Assembly: GCA_044892505.1 (NCBI GenBank)
Contig: CM097882.1
Location: forward strand, 58,962,001 to 59,026,000
DNA length: 64,000 nt
Origin: Schmidtea nova
Taxonomy: Eukaryota
Direction: 5' to 3'
Positions within the stretch are counted from its first letter, which is position 1, and each line of letters begins with the position of its first letter. A program made the position numbers and the translations under genes. Under the pieces are notes generated by a model. That model did not search any database, was not told the origin of the DNA, and saw only the letters and a list, made by a program, of their open reading frames with translations. Positions 51,053 to 62,954 of the stretch are shown piece by piece.

Positions 51053-53201
51053 ATTTTAAATATTATTATTTTTAAAATTTTTTTATTTTTATTTTTAATT
51101 TTAAACTTTTAATTAATTTTATGTACAATCATCTATTAATTTTATAATTTGAAGTTTACTTCGTTTAGTTGTTTTATATTTTTTTTTATTACAAATAATT
51201 AATTATAATAAATTAATCAAAATACATGATATTATATGATCCTGATTATATCAAATTTATTCTTTAAAAATTTCTTTAATAATATTTTTTAAAAACAGAT
51301 TAGTTATTAATTTATCCAAGTTCTAAATTCAGTTTTTTAGATCAAGATCCAAATATAATTTGGAACATGCACATTTGCATCACTATTGATTGTATTGATG
51401 TTAGAGTGTTTTGGAAAGCTATTTTCTATTCATATTGGAATTATAATTTGCATATTAAACTTTGATAGATTATGTTTGCGTATTGTCAAAATTTAACAAG
51501 TCTTTTCTAGTCCAACAATTTCCTATAATCACATTTTGTTATTCACAACCAAATTTTTTGAAATATATTTTAATTACATTATTGTTTAGGCAAAGACGTA
51601 GGGCGACGAAAGGATGACTTGAACTATTTATCAGACGAGACGTCACTTGCATGATTTAATTATTTTATTTTAATGGCAATTCTTGTTCAGCAATCAAAAT
51701 GCCCCATCATTAGTTTTATTATAGTTTTTTAAATTTAAGAGAGAAACCTAGGAAATTGAAGGTATTATTTGACAAAAAAAGAAAAATGTAAGTTAAAGCG
51801 AGGAAATCAATTTAAAGTTAAAAGTATTAAAGTAAGATAATGACAAACATGAGAATTTAGTATTATAATTTTAAAATATTTTAGTATAATTTTTTAAATA
51901 ATTTTAAATAAAAGTAATTTCTTCAATTTTTAAATAACTTTAAAAAGTTTTGGTTTTAAGTTTCTTATTTTATTTTTATTTTTTAGATATTACATAAAAA
52001 AAAATTAGGCCAAATAAGAAAAGATGATAATTTGATTGAAAGAAAAAAAACATGATCGAATAAAATACTCTAAGAATATTAAATAAACCACAGATTTTCA
52101 TATAATAAAATATTTCCAGTAAATTATTATTTTGTGATTTATTATTGTTTCTACACTTAAATTATGTTGATGTGAACAAACTAGGGAATAGTATTCCAAG
52201 TGTGGTAATGATCATGATGAAATAATAATAATAAAAAATTAGTATTAATAATAATGATAACGTCATTCTGCAGACTTGACATTCCATATTTATTCGTGGG
52301 TTTTCTCAATATTGCTCCTGGCACGTACACCAAAATCTATTTTGAATCTGCGACATTTTGTGGACCTCTTAAGAAATTACAAAATGATTAAGCATAAAAT
52401 ATTTAACTTTAATATAAAATCGAACAGTGACATAAAGTGAAAATCAAATAATAAAATAAAATACGTTAGAGATTAAAAAATATTTAAAAATAATTTTAAA
52501 ATATTATTAAATATATTATTAAAATTTAATTATTTTTTAATAAATTTTATTAATAAAAAACTTTAAAAGATCTTTAAAAAATTGAAAGCTTTATGTTTTC
52601 TATTTAATTTTTATATTATATATTAAACAAACTTAACTCTGGTAAGAAAAGAAGGTAAATTAATTGAAAGAAACCAAAACATATAATCAAAGAAAAATTG
52701 ATAAAGATTGTTTACTAAACGATAGATTTTCATATATTAAAAGATTTGTTATAAATCTTTGCTTTGTTTTAATTAGTTTTGCATTTAACTTATGCCGCTA
52801 AGAAGAAATCACAAAATTCTAATCCAAATATGGAAAGAATGATGTTGATGATAATAGTGATGAAAATATAATTATAATAATAATAACAATAAAAATAAAA
52901 AATAATAAGAGTATAAACTTATTCAAATAATAAAACTAATATTAATTTTAATAAATATTTATTCGTAAAAAATTAATTAAATATAATTCTAAAACATGTT
53001 AATTTATATTCTAAGTAATAGAATTTTTTTTTTATTTTTTTTATGTAATTTCCACAAAGTCGTAATCTTTTGAATTAACAATATTATCTTTTTTTTAATT
53101 TTCGAATCTTTTATTGGCTAGTAATTCTTTTTTTCTTCTTATTCATAGCTATTTGATTATTTATTTATAATTTATTTTAAAAAGCAAATTAATAATATAA
53201 A

Positions 53202-54305
53202 ATGAAACGCAACGCTACATCAGATATAAATCATACAAATTGGGATAAAGAAGAAGAAAAGGAAGAAAGAGGTGAATTTGTTACAGCAAATAAGAACATT
53301 ATATCTCAACGAAAATTAATTTCAGCTAGAAGAAAACCAACTTCAAATTCAACAAAAAATGTGTTTAAGTCATTTACTGGATTTTCCAGTACAGTCACTG
53401 AACCGTCTAAAAATACGTTTGGCACTATTCCTGACTCTAGCAACAGGGATAAAAACAAAGAAAAGCACATAAATTCACTGAAATTATTGAATAAAAAATT
53501 TCTTGAATGCATTCAAAAGCATATTAGTGAAAATCCATTATGCGTCCTTACTCCTACACTGGAGGATTACAATAAAAACGTTGATATTATAAAAGAAAAA
53601 TATCCTTTATCAACCATGTCATCAAATGTTACTGAAACTGTATCAACATCATCGAGTACAAAACCAATTTTCAGTTTTCTAAAAGATGAAATTGAAACAG
53701 CTAATAAATTCGACTTTGGATTGAAAAATGTCGATGTTTCTAAACCATTCACTTTACCAACACAGTCTTCAACGGATAAAGTACCACATTTTGGATTACC
53801 TTCTACTTCGTCTGTAGATGTTAAAATCGCTTCGGTCGGATTTTCGAATAGTTCAAATAGTCTTTTCAGTTTTCCCGCTACTACAACATTGACACTTTTT
53901 GCGCCCAGCGCAGCACCTAAATGTAATGATGAAGAAGAAGAATATGTTCCTCCTGTCGCTGAAGTGCGCGAAGTTAAGGAAAAAGATTCGATTTATGAAG
54001 TTCGTTGTAAACTATTTTATCAAGTAGAGAGCAAATGGAAAAATCGTGGTGTTGGAAATTTGTTCATTAAACCTATAGAAAAAGGAAAGTTTCAACTTGT
54101 TCTTCGAGCTGATAATAGTCTTGCTACAATCATTTTAAATGTACTCATTAATGATAAGATGCCTCTAAGCGTAACAAAAAATAATCTTTCTTTTGTTGCC
54201 ATGACAGACTTTTGCAAAGAAATAAAGTTGACTCCGTTGCTCATTCGTGTCAAAAGTTCAGAAGAAGCAGAAGCTTTATTGGCAGCAATGAAACAACAGT
54301 TTTAG
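53202..54305 (+). CDS. Nup50: Nup50-like protein, copy 17 (T352S)
   Basis: Intact 367-aa ORF. Confidence 0.95.
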   Translation: MKRNATSDINHTNWDKEEEKEERGEFVTANKNIISQRKLISARRKPTSNSTKNVFKSFTGFSSTVTEPSKNTFGTIPDSSNRDKNKEKHINSLKLLNKKFLECIQKHISENPLCVLTPTLEDYNKNVDIIKEKYPLSTMSSNVTETVSTSSSTKPIFSFLKDEIETANKFDFGLKNVDVSKPFTLPTQSSTDKVPHFGLPSTSSVDVKIASVGFSNSSNSLFSFPATTTLTLFAPSAAPKCNDEEEEYVPPVAEVREVKEKDSIYEVRCKLFYQVESKWKNRGVGNLFIKPIEKGKFQLVLRADNSLATIILNVLINDKMPLSVTKNNLSFVAMTDFCKEIKLTPLLIRVKSSEEAEALLAAMKQQF

Positions 54306-56451
54306 ATTTTAAATATTATTATTTTTAAAATTTTTTTATTTTTATTTTTAATTTTAAACTTTTAATTAATTTTATGTACAATCATCTATTAATTTTATAA
54401 TTTGAAGTTTACTTCGTTTTGTTGTTTTATATTTTTTTTTATTACAAATAATTAATTATAATAAATTAATCAAAATACATGATATTATATGATCCTGATT
54501 ATATCAAATTTATTCTTTAAAAATTTCTTTAATATTTTTTAAAAACAGATTAGTTATTAATTTATCCAAGTTCTAAATTCAGTTTTTTAGATCAAGATCC
54601 AAATATAATTTGGAACATGCACATTTGCATCACTATTGATTGTATTGATGTTAGAGTGTTTTGGAAAGCTATTTTCTGTTCATATTGGAATTATAATTTG
54701 CATATTAAACTTTGATAGATTATGTTTCCGTATTGTCAAAATTTAACAAGTCTTTTCTAGTCCAACAATTTCCTATAATCACATTTTGTTATTCACAACC
54801 AAATTTTTTGAAATATATTTTAATTACATTATTGTTTAGGCAAAGACGTAGGGCGACGAAAGCATGACTTGAACTATTTATCAGACGAGACGTCACTTGC
54901 ATGATTTAATTATTTTATTTTAATGGCAATTCTTGTTCAGCAAGCAAAATGCCCCATCATTAGTTTTATTATAGTTTTTTATATTTAAGAGAGAAACCTA
55001 AGAAATTTAAGGTATTATTTGACAAAAAAAGAAAAATGTAAGTTAAAGCGAGGAAATCAATTTAAAGTTAAAAGTATTAAAGTAAGATAATGACAAACAT
55101 GAGAATTTAGTATTATAATTTTAAAATATTTTAGTATAATTTTTTAAATAATTTTAAATAAAAGTAATTTCTTCAATTTTTAAATAACTTTAAAAAGTTT
55201 TGGTTTTAAGTTTCTTATTTTATTTTTATTTTTTAGATATTACATAAAAAAAAATTAGGCCAAATAAGAAAAGATGATAATTTGATTGAAAGAAAAAAAA
55301 CATGATCGAATAAAATACTCTAAGAATATTAAATAAACCACAGATTTTCATATAATAAAATATTTCCAGTAAATTATTATTTTGTAATTTATTATTGTTT
55401 CTACACTTAAATTATGTTGATGTGAACAAACTAGGGAATAGTATTCCAAGTGTGGTAATGATCATGATGAAATAATAATAATAAAAAATTAGTATTAATA
55501 ATAATGATAACGTCATTCTGCAGACTTGACATTCCATATTTATTCGTGGGTTTTCTCAATATTGCTCCTGGCACGTACACCAAAATCTATTTTGAATCTG
55601 CGACATTTTGTGGACCTCTTAAGAAATTACAAAATGATTAAGCATAAAATATTTAACTTTAATATAAAATCGAACAGTGACATAAAGTGAAAATCAAATA
55701 ATAAAATAAAATACGTTAGAGATTAAAAAATATTTAAAAATAATTTTAAAATATTATTAAATATATTATTAAAATTTAATTATTTTTTAATAAATTTTAT
55801 TAATAAAAAACTTTAAAAGATCTTTAAAAAATTGAAAGCTTTATGTTTTCTATTTAATTTTTATATTATATATTAAACAAACTTAACTCTGGTAAGAAAA
55901 GAAGGTAAATTAATTGAAAGAAACCAAAACATATAATCAAAGAAAAATTGATAAAGATTGTTTACTAAACGATAGATTTTCATATATTAAAAGATTTGTT
56001 ATAAATCTTTGCTTTGTTTTTATTAGTTTTGCATTTAACTTATGCCGCTAAGAAGAAATCACAAAATTCTAATCCAAATATGGAAAGAATGATGTTGATG
56101 ATAATAGTGATGAAAATATAATTATAATAATAATAACAATAAAAATAAAAAATAATAAGAGTATAAACTTATTCAAATAATAAAACTAATATTAATTTTA
56201 ATAAATATTTATTCGTAAAAAATTAATTAAATATAATTCTAAAACATGTTAATTTATATTCTAAGTAATAGAATTTTTTTTTTATTTTTTTTATGTTTTT
56301 CCACAAAGTCGTAATCTTTTGAATTAACAATATTATCTTTTTTTTTAATTTTCGAATCTTTTATTGGGTAGTAATTCTTTTTTTCTTCTTATTCATAGCT
56401 ATTTGATTGTTTATTTATAATTTATTTTAAAAAGCAAATTAATAATATAAA

Positions 56452-57555
56452 ATGAAACGCAACGCTACATCAGATATAAATCATACAAATTGGGATAAAG
56501 AAGAAGAAAAGGAAGAAAGAGGTGAATTTGTTACAGCAAATAAGAACATTATATCTCAACGAAAATTAATTTCAGCTAGAAGAAAACCAACTTCAAATTC
56601 AACAAAAAATGTGTTTAAGTCATTTACTGGATTTTCCAGTACAGTCACTGAACCGTCTAAAAATACGTTTGGCACTATTCCTGACTCTAGCAACAGGGAT
56701 AAAAACAAAGAAAAGCACATAAATTCACTGAAATTATTGAATAAAAAATTTCTTGAATGCATTCAAAAGCATATTAGTGAAAATCCATTATGCGTCCTTA
56801 CTCCTACACTGGAGGATTACAATAAAAACGTTGATATTATAAAAGAAAAATATCCTTTATCAACCATGTCATCAAATGTTACTGAAACTGTATCAACATC
56901 ATCGAGTACAAAACCAATTTTCAGTTTTCTAAAAGATGAAATTGAAACAGCTAATAAATTCGACTTTGGATTAAAAAATGTCGATGTTTCTAAACCATTC
57001 ATTTTACTAACACAGTCTTCAACGGATAAAGTACCACATTTTGGATTACCTTCTACTTCGTCTGTAGATGTTAAAATCGCTTCGGTCGGATTTTCGAATA
57101 GTTCAAATAGTCTTTTCAGTTTTCCCGCTACTACAACATTGACACTTTTTGCGCCCAGCGCAGCACCTAAATGTAATGATGAAGAAGAAGAATATGTTCC
57201 TCCTGTCGCTGAAGTGCGCGAAGTTAAGGAAAAAGATTCGATTTATGAAGTTCGTTGTAAACTATTTTATCAAGTAGAGAGCAAATGGAAAAATCGTGGT
57301 GTTGGAAATTTGTTCATTAAACCTATAGAAAAAGGAAAGTTTCAACTTGTTCTTCGAGCTGATAATAGTCTTGCTACAATCATTTTAAATGTACTCATTA
57401 ATGATAAGATGCCTCTAAGCGTAACAAAAAATAATCTTTCTTTTGTTGCCATGACAGACTTTTGCAAAGAAATAAAGTTGACTCCGTTGCTCATTCGTGT
57501 CAAAAGTTCAGAAGAAGCAGAAGCTTTATTGGCAGCAATGAAACAACAGTTTTAG
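56452..57555 (+). CDS. Nup50: Nup50-like protein, copy 18 (T184I, P186L, T352S)
   Basis: Intact 367-aa ORF; also synonymous L174 ttg>tta. Confidence 0.95.
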   Translation: MKRNATSDINHTNWDKEEEKEERGEFVTANKNIISQRKLISARRKPTSNSTKNVFKSFTGFSSTVTEPSKNTFGTIPDSSNRDKNKEKHINSLKLLNKKFLECIQKHISENPLCVLTPTLEDYNKNVDIIKEKYPLSTMSSNVTETVSTSSSTKPIFSFLKDEIETANKFDFGLKNVDVSKPFILLTQSSTDKVPHFGLPSTSSVDVKIASVGFSNSSNSLFSFPATTTLTLFAPSAAPKCNDEEEEYVPPVAEVREVKEKDSIYEVRCKLFYQVESKWKNRGVGNLFIKPIEKGKFQLVLRADNSLATIILNVLINDKMPLSVTKNNLSFVAMTDFCKEIKLTPLLIRVKSSEEAEALLAAMKQQF

Positions 57556-59704
57556 ATTTTAAATATTATTATTTTTAAAATTTTTTTATTTTTATTTTTA
57601 ATTTTAAACTTTTAATTAATTTTATGTACAATCATCTATTAATTTTATAATTTGAAGTTTACTTCGTTTAGTTGTTTTATATTTTTTTTTATTACAAATA
57701 ATTAATTATAATAAATTAATCAAAATACATGATATTATATGATCCTGATTATATCAAATTTATTCTTTAAAAATTTCTTTAATAATATTTTTTAAAAACA
57801 GATTAGTTATTAATTTATCCAAGTTCTAAATTCAGTTTTTTAGATCAAGATCCAAATATAATTTGGAACATGCACATTTGCATCACTATTGATTGTATTG
57901 ATGTTAGAGTGTTTTGGAAAGCTATTTTCTATTCATATTGGAATTATAATTTGCATATTAAACTTTGATAGATTATGTTTGCGTATTGTCAAAATTTAAC
58001 AAGTCTTTTCTAGTCCAACAATTTCCTATAATCACATTTTGTTATTCACAACCAAATTTTTTGAAATATATTTTAATTACATTATTGTTTAGGCAAAGAC
58101 GTAGGGCGACGAAAGGATGACTTGAACTATTTATCAGACGAGACGTCACTTGCATGATTTAATTATTTTATTTTAATGGCAATTCTTGTTCAGCAATCAA
58201 AATGCCCCATCATTAGTTTTATTATAGTTTTTTAAATTTAAGAGAGAAACCTAGGAAATTGAAGGTATTATTTGACAAAAAAAGAAAAATGTAAGTTAAA
58301 GCGAGGAAATCAATTTAAAGTTAAAAGTATTAAAGTAAGATAATGACAAACATGAGAATTTAGTATTATAATTTTAAAATATTTTAGTATAATTTTTTAA
58401 ATAATTTTAAATAAAAGTAATTTCTTCAATTTTTAAATAACTTTAAAAAGTTTTGGTTTTAAGTTTCTTATTTTATTTTTATTTTTTAGATATTACATAA
58501 AAAAAAATTAGGCCAAATAAGAAAAGATGATAATTTGATTGAAAGAAAAAAAACATGATCGAATAAAATACTCTAAGAATATTAAATAAACCACAGATTT
58601 TCATATAATAAAATATTTCCAGTAAATTATTATTTTGTGATTTATTATTGTTTCTACACTTAAATTATGTTGATGTGAACAAACTAGGGAATAGTATTCC
58701 AAGTGTGGTAATGATCATGATGAAATAATAATAATAAAAAATTAGTATTAATAATAATGATAACGTCATTCTGCAGACTTGACATTCCATATTTATTCGT
58801 GGGTTTTCTCAATATTGCTCCTGGCACGTACACCAAAATCTATTTTGAATCTGCGACATTTTGTGGACCTCTTAAGAAATTACAAAATGATTAAGCATAA
58901 AATATTTAACTTTAATATAAAATCGAACAGTGACATAAAGTGAAAATCAAATAATAAAATAAAATACGTTAGAGATTAAAAAATATTTAAAAATAATTTT
59001 AAAATATTATTAAATATATTATTAAAATTTAATTATTTTTTAATAAATTTTATTAATAAAAAACTTTAAAAGATCTTTAAAAAATTGAAAGCTTTATGTT
59101 TTCTATTTAATTTTTATATTATATATTAAACAAACTTAACTCTGGTAAGAAAAGAAGGTAAATTAATTGAAAGAAACCAAAACATATAATCAAAGAAAAA
59201 TTGATAAAGATTGTTTACTAAACGATAGATTTTCATATATTAAAAGATTTGTTATAAATCTTTGCTTTGTTTTAATTAGTTTTGCATTTAACTTATGCCG
59301 CTAAGAAGAAATCACAAAATTCTAATCCAAATATGGAAAGAATGATGTTGATGATAATAGTGATGAAAATATAATTATAATAATAATAACAATAAAAATA
59401 AAAAATAATAAGAGTATAAACTTATTCAAATAATAAAACTAATATTAATTTTAATAAATATTTATTCGTAAAAAATTAATTAAATATAATTCTAAAACAT
59501 GTTAATTTATATTCTAAGTAATAGAATTTTTTTTTTATTTTTTTTATGTAATTTCCACAAAGTCGTAATCTTTTGAATTAACAATATTATCTTTTTTTTA
59601 ATTTTCGAATCTTTTATTGGCTAGTAATTCTTTTTTTCTTCTTATTCATAGCTATTTGATTATTTATTTATAATTTATTTTAAAAAGCAAATTAATAATA
59701 TAAA

Positions 59705-60808
59705 ATGAAACGCAACGCTACATCAGATATAAATCATACAAATTGGGATAAAGAAGAAGAAAAGGAAGAAAGAGGTGAATTTGTTACAGCAAATAAGAAC
59801 ATTATATCTCAACGAAAATTAATTTCAGCTAGAAGAAAACCAACTTCAAATTCAACAAAAAATGTGTTTAAGTCATTTACTGGATTTTCCAGTACAGTCA
59901 CTGAACCGTCTAAAAATACGTTTGGCACTATTCCTGACTCTAGCAACAGGGATAAAAACAAAGAAAAGCACATAAATTCACTGAAATTATTGAATAAAAA
60001 ATTTCTTGAATGCATTCAAAAGCATATTAGTGAAAATCCATTATGCGTCCTTACTCCTACACTGGAGGATTACAATAAAAACGTTGATATTATAAAAGAA
60101 AAATATCCTTTATCAACCATGTCATCAAATGTTACTGAAACTGTATCAACATCATCGAGTACAAAACCAATTTTCAGTTTTCTAAAAGATGAAATTGAAA
60201 CAGCTAATAAATTCGACTTTGGATTGAAAAATGTCGATGTTTCTAAACCATTCACTTTACCAACACAGTCTTCAACGGATAAAGTACCACATTTTGGATT
60301 ACCTTCTACTTCGTCTGTAGATGTTAAAATCGCTTCGGTCGGATTTTCGAATAGTTCAAATAGTCTTTTCAGTTTTCCCGCTACTACAACATTGACACTT
60401 TTTGCGCCCAGCGCAGCACCTAAATGTAATGATGAAGAAGAAGAATATGTTCCTCCTGTCGCTGAAGTGCGCGAAGTTAAGGAAAAAGATTCGATTTATG
60501 AAGTTCGTTGTAAACTATTTTATCAAGTAGAGAGCAAATGGAAAAATCGTGGTGTTGGAAATTTGTTCATTAAACCTATAGAAAAAGGAAAGTTTCAACT
60601 TGTTCTTCGAGCTGATAATAGTCTTGCTACAATCATTTTAAATGTACTCATTAATGATAAGATGCCTCTAAGCGTAACAAAAAATAATCTTTCTTTTGTT
60701 GCCATGACAGACTTTTGCAAAGAAATAAAGTTGACTCCGTTGCTCATTCGTGTCAAAAGTTCAGAAGAAGCAGAAGCTTTATTGGCAGCAATGAAACAAC
60801 AGTTTTAG
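59705..60808 (+). CDS. Nup50: Nup50-like protein, copy 19 (T352S)
   Basis: Intact 367-aa ORF; same protein as copy 17. Confidence 0.95.
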   Translation: MKRNATSDINHTNWDKEEEKEERGEFVTANKNIISQRKLISARRKPTSNSTKNVFKSFTGFSSTVTEPSKNTFGTIPDSSNRDKNKEKHINSLKLLNKKFLECIQKHISENPLCVLTPTLEDYNKNVDIIKEKYPLSTMSSNVTETVSTSSSTKPIFSFLKDEIETANKFDFGLKNVDVSKPFTLPTQSSTDKVPHFGLPSTSSVDVKIASVGFSNSSNSLFSFPATTTLTLFAPSAAPKCNDEEEEYVPPVAEVREVKEKDSIYEVRCKLFYQVESKWKNRGVGNLFIKPIEKGKFQLVLRADNSLATIILNVLINDKMPLSVTKNNLSFVAMTDFCKEIKLTPLLIRVKSSEEAEALLAAMKQQF

Positions 60809-62954
60809 ATTTTAAATATTATTATTTTTAAAATTTTTTTATTTTTATTTTTAATTTTAAACTTTTAATTAATTTTATGTACAATCATCTATTAATTTTA
60901 TAATTTGAAGTTTACTTCGTTTTGTTGTTTTATATTTTTTTTTATTACAAATAATTAATTATAATAAATTAATCAAAATACATGATATTATATGATCCTG
61001 ATTATATCAAATTTATTCTTTAAAAATTTCTTTAATATTTTTTAAAAACAGATTAGTTATTAATTTATCCAAGTTCTAAATTCAGTTTTTTAGATCAAGA
61101 TCCAAATATAATTTGGAACATGCACATTTGCATCACTATTGATTGTATTGATGTTAGAGTGTTTTGGAAAGCTATTTTCTGTTCATATTGGAATTATAAT
61201 TTGCATATTAAACTTTGATAGATTATGTTTCCGTATTGTCAAAATTTAACAAGTCTTTTCTAGTCCAACAATTTCCTATAATCACATTTTGTTATTCACA
61301 ACCAAATTTTTTGAAATATATTTTAATTACATTATTGTTTAGGCAAAGACGTAGGGCGACGAAAGCATGACTTGAACTATTTATCAGACGAGACGTCACT
61401 TGCATGATTTAATTATTTTATTTTAATGGCAATTCTTGTTCAGCAAGCAAAATGCCCCATCATTAGTTTTATTATAGTTTTTTATATTTAAGAGAGAAAC
61501 CTAAGAAATTTAAGGTATTATTTGACAAAAAAAGAAAAATGTAAGTTAAAGCGAGGAAATCAATTTAAAGTTAAAAGTATTAAAGTAAGATAATGACAAA
61601 CATGAGAATTTAGTATTATAATTTTAAAATATTTTAGTATAATTTTTTAAATAATTTTAAATAAAAGTAATTTCTTCAATTTTTAAATAACTTTAAAAAG
61701 TTTTGGTTTTAAGTTTCTTATTTTATTTTTATTTTTTAGATATTACATAAAAAAAAATTAGGCCAAATAAGAAAAGATGATAATTTGATTGAAAGAAAAA
61801 AAACATGATCGAATAAAATACTCTAAGAATATTAAATAAACCACAGATTTTCATATAATAAAATATTTCCAGTAAATTATTATTTTGTAATTTATTATTG
61901 TTTCTACACTTAAATTATGTTGATGTGAACAAACTAGGGAATAGTATTCCAAGTGTGGTAATGATCATGATGAAATAATAATAATAAAAAATTAGTATTA
62001 ATAATAATGATAACGTCATTCTGCAGACTTGACATTCCATATTTATTCGTGGGTTTTCTCAATATTGCTCCTGGCACGTACACCAAAATCTATTTTGAAT
62101 CTGCGACATTTTGTGGACCTCTTAAGAAATTACAAAATGATTAAGCATAAAATATTTAACTTTAATATAAAATCGAACAGTGACATAAAGTGAAAATCAA
62201 ATAATAAAATAAAATACGTTAGAGATTAAAAAATATTTAAAAATAATTTTAAAATATTATTAAATATATTATTAAAATTTAATTATTTTTTAATAAATTT
62301 TATTAATAAAAAACTTTAAAAGATCTTTAAAAAATTGAAAGCTTTATGTTTTCTATTTAATTTTTATATTATATATTAAACAAACTTAACTCTGGTAAGA
62401 AAAGAAGGTAAATTAATTGAAAGAAACCAAAACATATAATCAAAGAAAAATTGATAAAGATTGTTTACTAAACGATAGATTTTCATATATTAAAAGATTT
62501 GTTATAAATCTTTGCTTTGTTTTTATTAGTTTTGCATTTAACTTATGCCGCTAAGAAGAAATCACAAAATTCTAATCCAAATATGGAAAGAATGATGTTG
62601 ATGATAATAGTGATGAAAATATAATTATAATAATAATAACAATAAAAATAAAAAATAATAAGAGTATAAACTTATTCAAATAATAAAACTAATATTAATT
62701 TTAATAAATATTTATTCGTAAAAAATTAATTAAATATAATTCTAAAACATGTTAATTTATATTCTAAGTAATAGAATTTTTTTTTTATTTTTTTTATGTT
62801 TTTCCACAAAGTCGTAATCTTTTGAATTAACAATATTATCTTTTTTTTTAATTTTCGAATCTTTTATTGGGTAGTAATTCTTTTTTTCTTCTTATTCATA
62901 GCTATTTGATTGTTTATTTATAATTTATTTTAAAAAGCAAATTAATAATATAAA

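Noticed and set aside
1165-60808. RIP-like or methylation-driven C>T hypermutation of the repeated genes
   Set aside because: CpGs are abundant and mostly intact in the CDSs. I saw only two CpG transitions (P345L and silent N126) among the variants.
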